From the NCBI GenBank assembly GCA_965369655.1, contig CBDUQR010000011.1:1-64000 (forward strand): DNA of 64,000 nucleotides, read 5' to 3'. This stretch comes from an uncultured bacterium (lineage in GTDB: Bacteria > Zixibacteria > MSB-5A5 > JAABVY01 > JAHJOQ01). Below are positions 62,050 through 64,000 of the stretch, piece after piece. Position numbers and translations under genes: made by a program. The first letter of the stretch is position 1; every line of letters starts with the position of its first letter. The notes beneath the pieces were generated by a model that saw only the letters and a program-made list of their open reading frames with translations, did no database searches and had not been told where the DNA came from.

Positions 62050-63228
62050 CTATTTCCACACAATGCGCGGCGCAATTCTGAGCAGCCCCGGTTTGCGCAT
62101 CAGGATTCGTTTGATCACACCGACAGGATCGAGCGAGCGAATCTTCCTGCCGCCAAGCAGTTCGCCCGCTATCTCTATCACCGCGTCGATTTCACTCGGT
62201 TTCATCCGTCTGAGTATCTGGTGTGCAAGCAAATACATCCTCAGTCTTCGACCAAAAACCGCCATGAATGCGCCCGGATAATCTCTGAGCGCCGAGGTCT
62301 TTCCGCTTCTGACATATACTCCCGCCGCTTCCCCTGCCAACAGCCCCGAATAGAGCGCGGTTGCAATTCCGGCGCCGGAAAGGGAATCGACAACCCTGGC
62401 GGCATCGCCGACCGCCATGACATTGCCTCGTAGCATCGTCCTGCGACCTTCGAAGAGCGGCACGACGCCCATCATCCTTCCCGCTATCCTGAACGATTCG
62501 AATCGCCTGCCGACGAATCGGTCGAGCATATCGAACGGATTCATATCTTCGGCGAGTGTCGGGACAAAACCGAGTCCGACATTGGCAAAGTGTGATCCTT
62601 TCGGAAATACCCAGATGTATCCTCCCGGCGCGATAGAGCAATCAAAATGCATCTCGGTAGTCTCGCTGTCGACATCGATATCCTCGAGCCGATATTGCGC
62701 ACAACTGGCGAGCCGTGACGGCAACAGATGTTTTACAAGCCCCGCCTTGCGAGCCACGACCGATTCGACCCCGTCCGCCGCTATGAGAATCCTGAACCGA
62801 ACATCCCGTCTTGCGCCCTCCGAGAACAAGCTGATTGATGTGAACCGTCCGTTGTCGCGAACAGGATCGTCGGCTCGGCAGTCTGTCACTATTTCTGCGC
62901 CTGCATCGACTGCCATACGCGCGAGATGAGGCTCGAACCTGGTCCTGTCTATCGTGAATCCCGCCTCCGGATGATCCATATACAGGCACTCCCCGTTCGG
63001 CGAGATAAGTTTGATGCCGGTAATCCTGCTGCAAATCCAGTCGTCATCCGGCTCGACAACCTGACTCAGGCCTTCGACGCTGATCCCCTCAGCACAAAGA
63101 AGTGGCTTGCCGATCTCCCTGTGAGTCTCGACAAGGAGTACATCCACTCCGGCTCCGGCGGCAGCCCGCGCCGCAGTCAATCCGGCCGGACCCCCACCGA
63201 CGATGACTACATCATACTCTGACTTCAT
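62050..63228 (-). CDS. geranylgeranyl reductase family flavoprotein
   Basis: GGGPAG, PLLCAEG, APGGYIWVFPK, VGDAA. Confidence 0.85.
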   Translation of the reverse strand: MKSEYDVVIVGGGPAGLTAARAAAGAGVDVLLVETHREIGKPLLCAEGISVEGLSQVVEPDDDWICSRITGIKLISPNGECLYMDHPEAGFTIDRTRFEPHLARMAVDAGAEIVTDCRADDPVRDNGRFTSISLFSEGARRDVRFRILIAADGVESVVARKAGLVKHLLPSRLASCAQYRLEDIDVDSETTEMHFDCSIAPGGYIWVFPKGSHFANVGLGFVPTLAEDMNPFDMLDRFVGRRFESFRIAGRMMGVVPLFEGRRTMLRGNVMAVGDAARVVDSLSGAGIATALYSGLLAGEAAGVYVRSGKTSALRDYPGAFMAVFGRRLRMYLLAHQILRRMKPSEIDAVIEIAGELLGGRKIRSLDPVGVIKRILMRKPGLLRIAPRIVWK

Positions 63229-63409
63229 CTCTCAACGCGATAGCCCTCGCAGGGCAGGTGATTACACATAGCTTACACGATGTGCAGTTGTCGGGCACTT
63301 CCCTCACTCCATCGGAGTCGAGGATGAGAGCGTCAAATGCGCAGACCGCAATGCAGCCGCCGCATTCACCGCACAGGTGACTATCGATCGATAAATAGAA
63401 CTCCGGCAT
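63212..63409 (-). CDS. 2x[4Fe-4S] ferredoxin
   Basis: CGECGGCIAVC and CTSCKLCVITCP. Confidence 0.88.
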   Translation of the reverse strand: MPEFYLSIDSHLCGECGGCIAVCAFDALILDSDGVREVPDNCTSCKLCVITCPARAIALRDEVRV

Positions 63410-63535
63410 TTCGTCGATTATTCTAACTGAGAACAGGCGTGAATTCAAGTCAAATGTTCACTCAGCACGAAAGCCGTCGTTTCGTGGCCGGCAGACATCC
63501 TGAGCTTGTCCCAAAAGTAGGTCGTGTGAGTATCC

Positions 63536-63672
63536 GTTCCGGCAGTTCTTGCGACCGCCGAAAGCGTGCGTGTGAACTGCCGGTAAATGGAATCTGTGTC
63601 AACCAACAACTTGCAGAGGATCGCCAGGTCACACCGACGACTCCGTCATCGGCAAGACCAGGCGAAACTACC
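63536..63672. repeat. 137-bp two-hairpin element, copy 2
   Basis: Ungapped match to 30134-30270. Confidence 0.85.
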
Positions 63673-63682
63673 TATCAGTACT

Positions 63683-63731
63683 GTGGGTGGCAGACCCTTC
63701 AAAGCTCAGGACTCGCGTCCGCGTCTGCCCC
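63683..63731 (+). repeat. family A REP with a CCTTCAAAGCTCAGGAC insert
   Basis: GTGGGTGGCAGAC..GTCTGCCCC. Confidence 0.7.
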
Positions 63732-63735
63732 AAAG

Positions 63736-63999
63736 TTACATTTTCGCTGATATCTGGGTGAAGGGATGGACTCCCGAGGTAGTGCTTTCCTTGTTGGGGG
63801 CAAAGTCGAAACTTAGCTTCAGGTCGATCGGAGGGAGATCGGGAATCCCTTGTATGGCGCGGTTGAGTGAACCGGGCAACCATGAGACATTGAACCGAAA
63901 GCTCTTTCTAAACCGTTGAATCTGTCTGTGGAAAATCAGCATTTCAGACGGCGTGGGCAACCGGCCTGCCAGTTGGAACACCGTCGCTATTGAATCGCC
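63736..63999 (-). CDS. possible 3' end of a gene continuing beyond the window
   Basis: Frame open to the window edge; no recognisable motif. Confidence 0.3.
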   Translation of the reverse strand, partial: GDSIATVFQLAGRLPTPSEMLIFHRQIQRFRKSFRFNVSWLPGSLNRAIQGIPDLPPIDLKLSFDFAPNKESTTSGVHPFTQISAKM

Positions 64000-64000
64000 C

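Overview
Gene-dense bacterial chromosomal window, mostly on the minus strand, from a diderm organism. The gene content suggests an FCB-group/Zixibacteria-like lineage, but this is inference only. Housekeeping content: TamA/TamB-like pair, KamA-type radical SAM enzyme, rpoE/anti-sigma/HtrA operon, DsbD, thioredoxin, a fused acyl-CoA dehydratase activator, ccmAB, two tandem signal peptidases, RseP, a complete F-type ATP synthase operon, murJ, comEC, rpsT, and a geranylgeranyl-reductase-family gene with a ferredoxin. The most notable locus (46.2-57.7 kb) is a Myxococcus-like polarity module directly upstream of pilB-pilT-pilC-pilS. It encodes a DUF4388/PATAN protein, a small membrane protein, a TPR-roadblock protein, a membrane-anchored roadblock protein, a stand-alone roadblock protein, an MglA GTPase with a long acidic tail ending in a basic/aromatic putative membrane anchor, and MglB. 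A RomR-like pseudo-receiver lies at 20.5 kb. Intergenic spaces carry several REP-like palindromic repeat families, including a 137-bp two-hairpin element present twice with compensatory base changes. Four solitary nuclease-like genes (HEPN, GIY-YIG, truncated PD-(D/E)XK, HNH) sit next to or between repeats. I saw no rRNA, tRNA, CRISPR array or transposase. All family assignments come from motif recognition by eye, not database searches.
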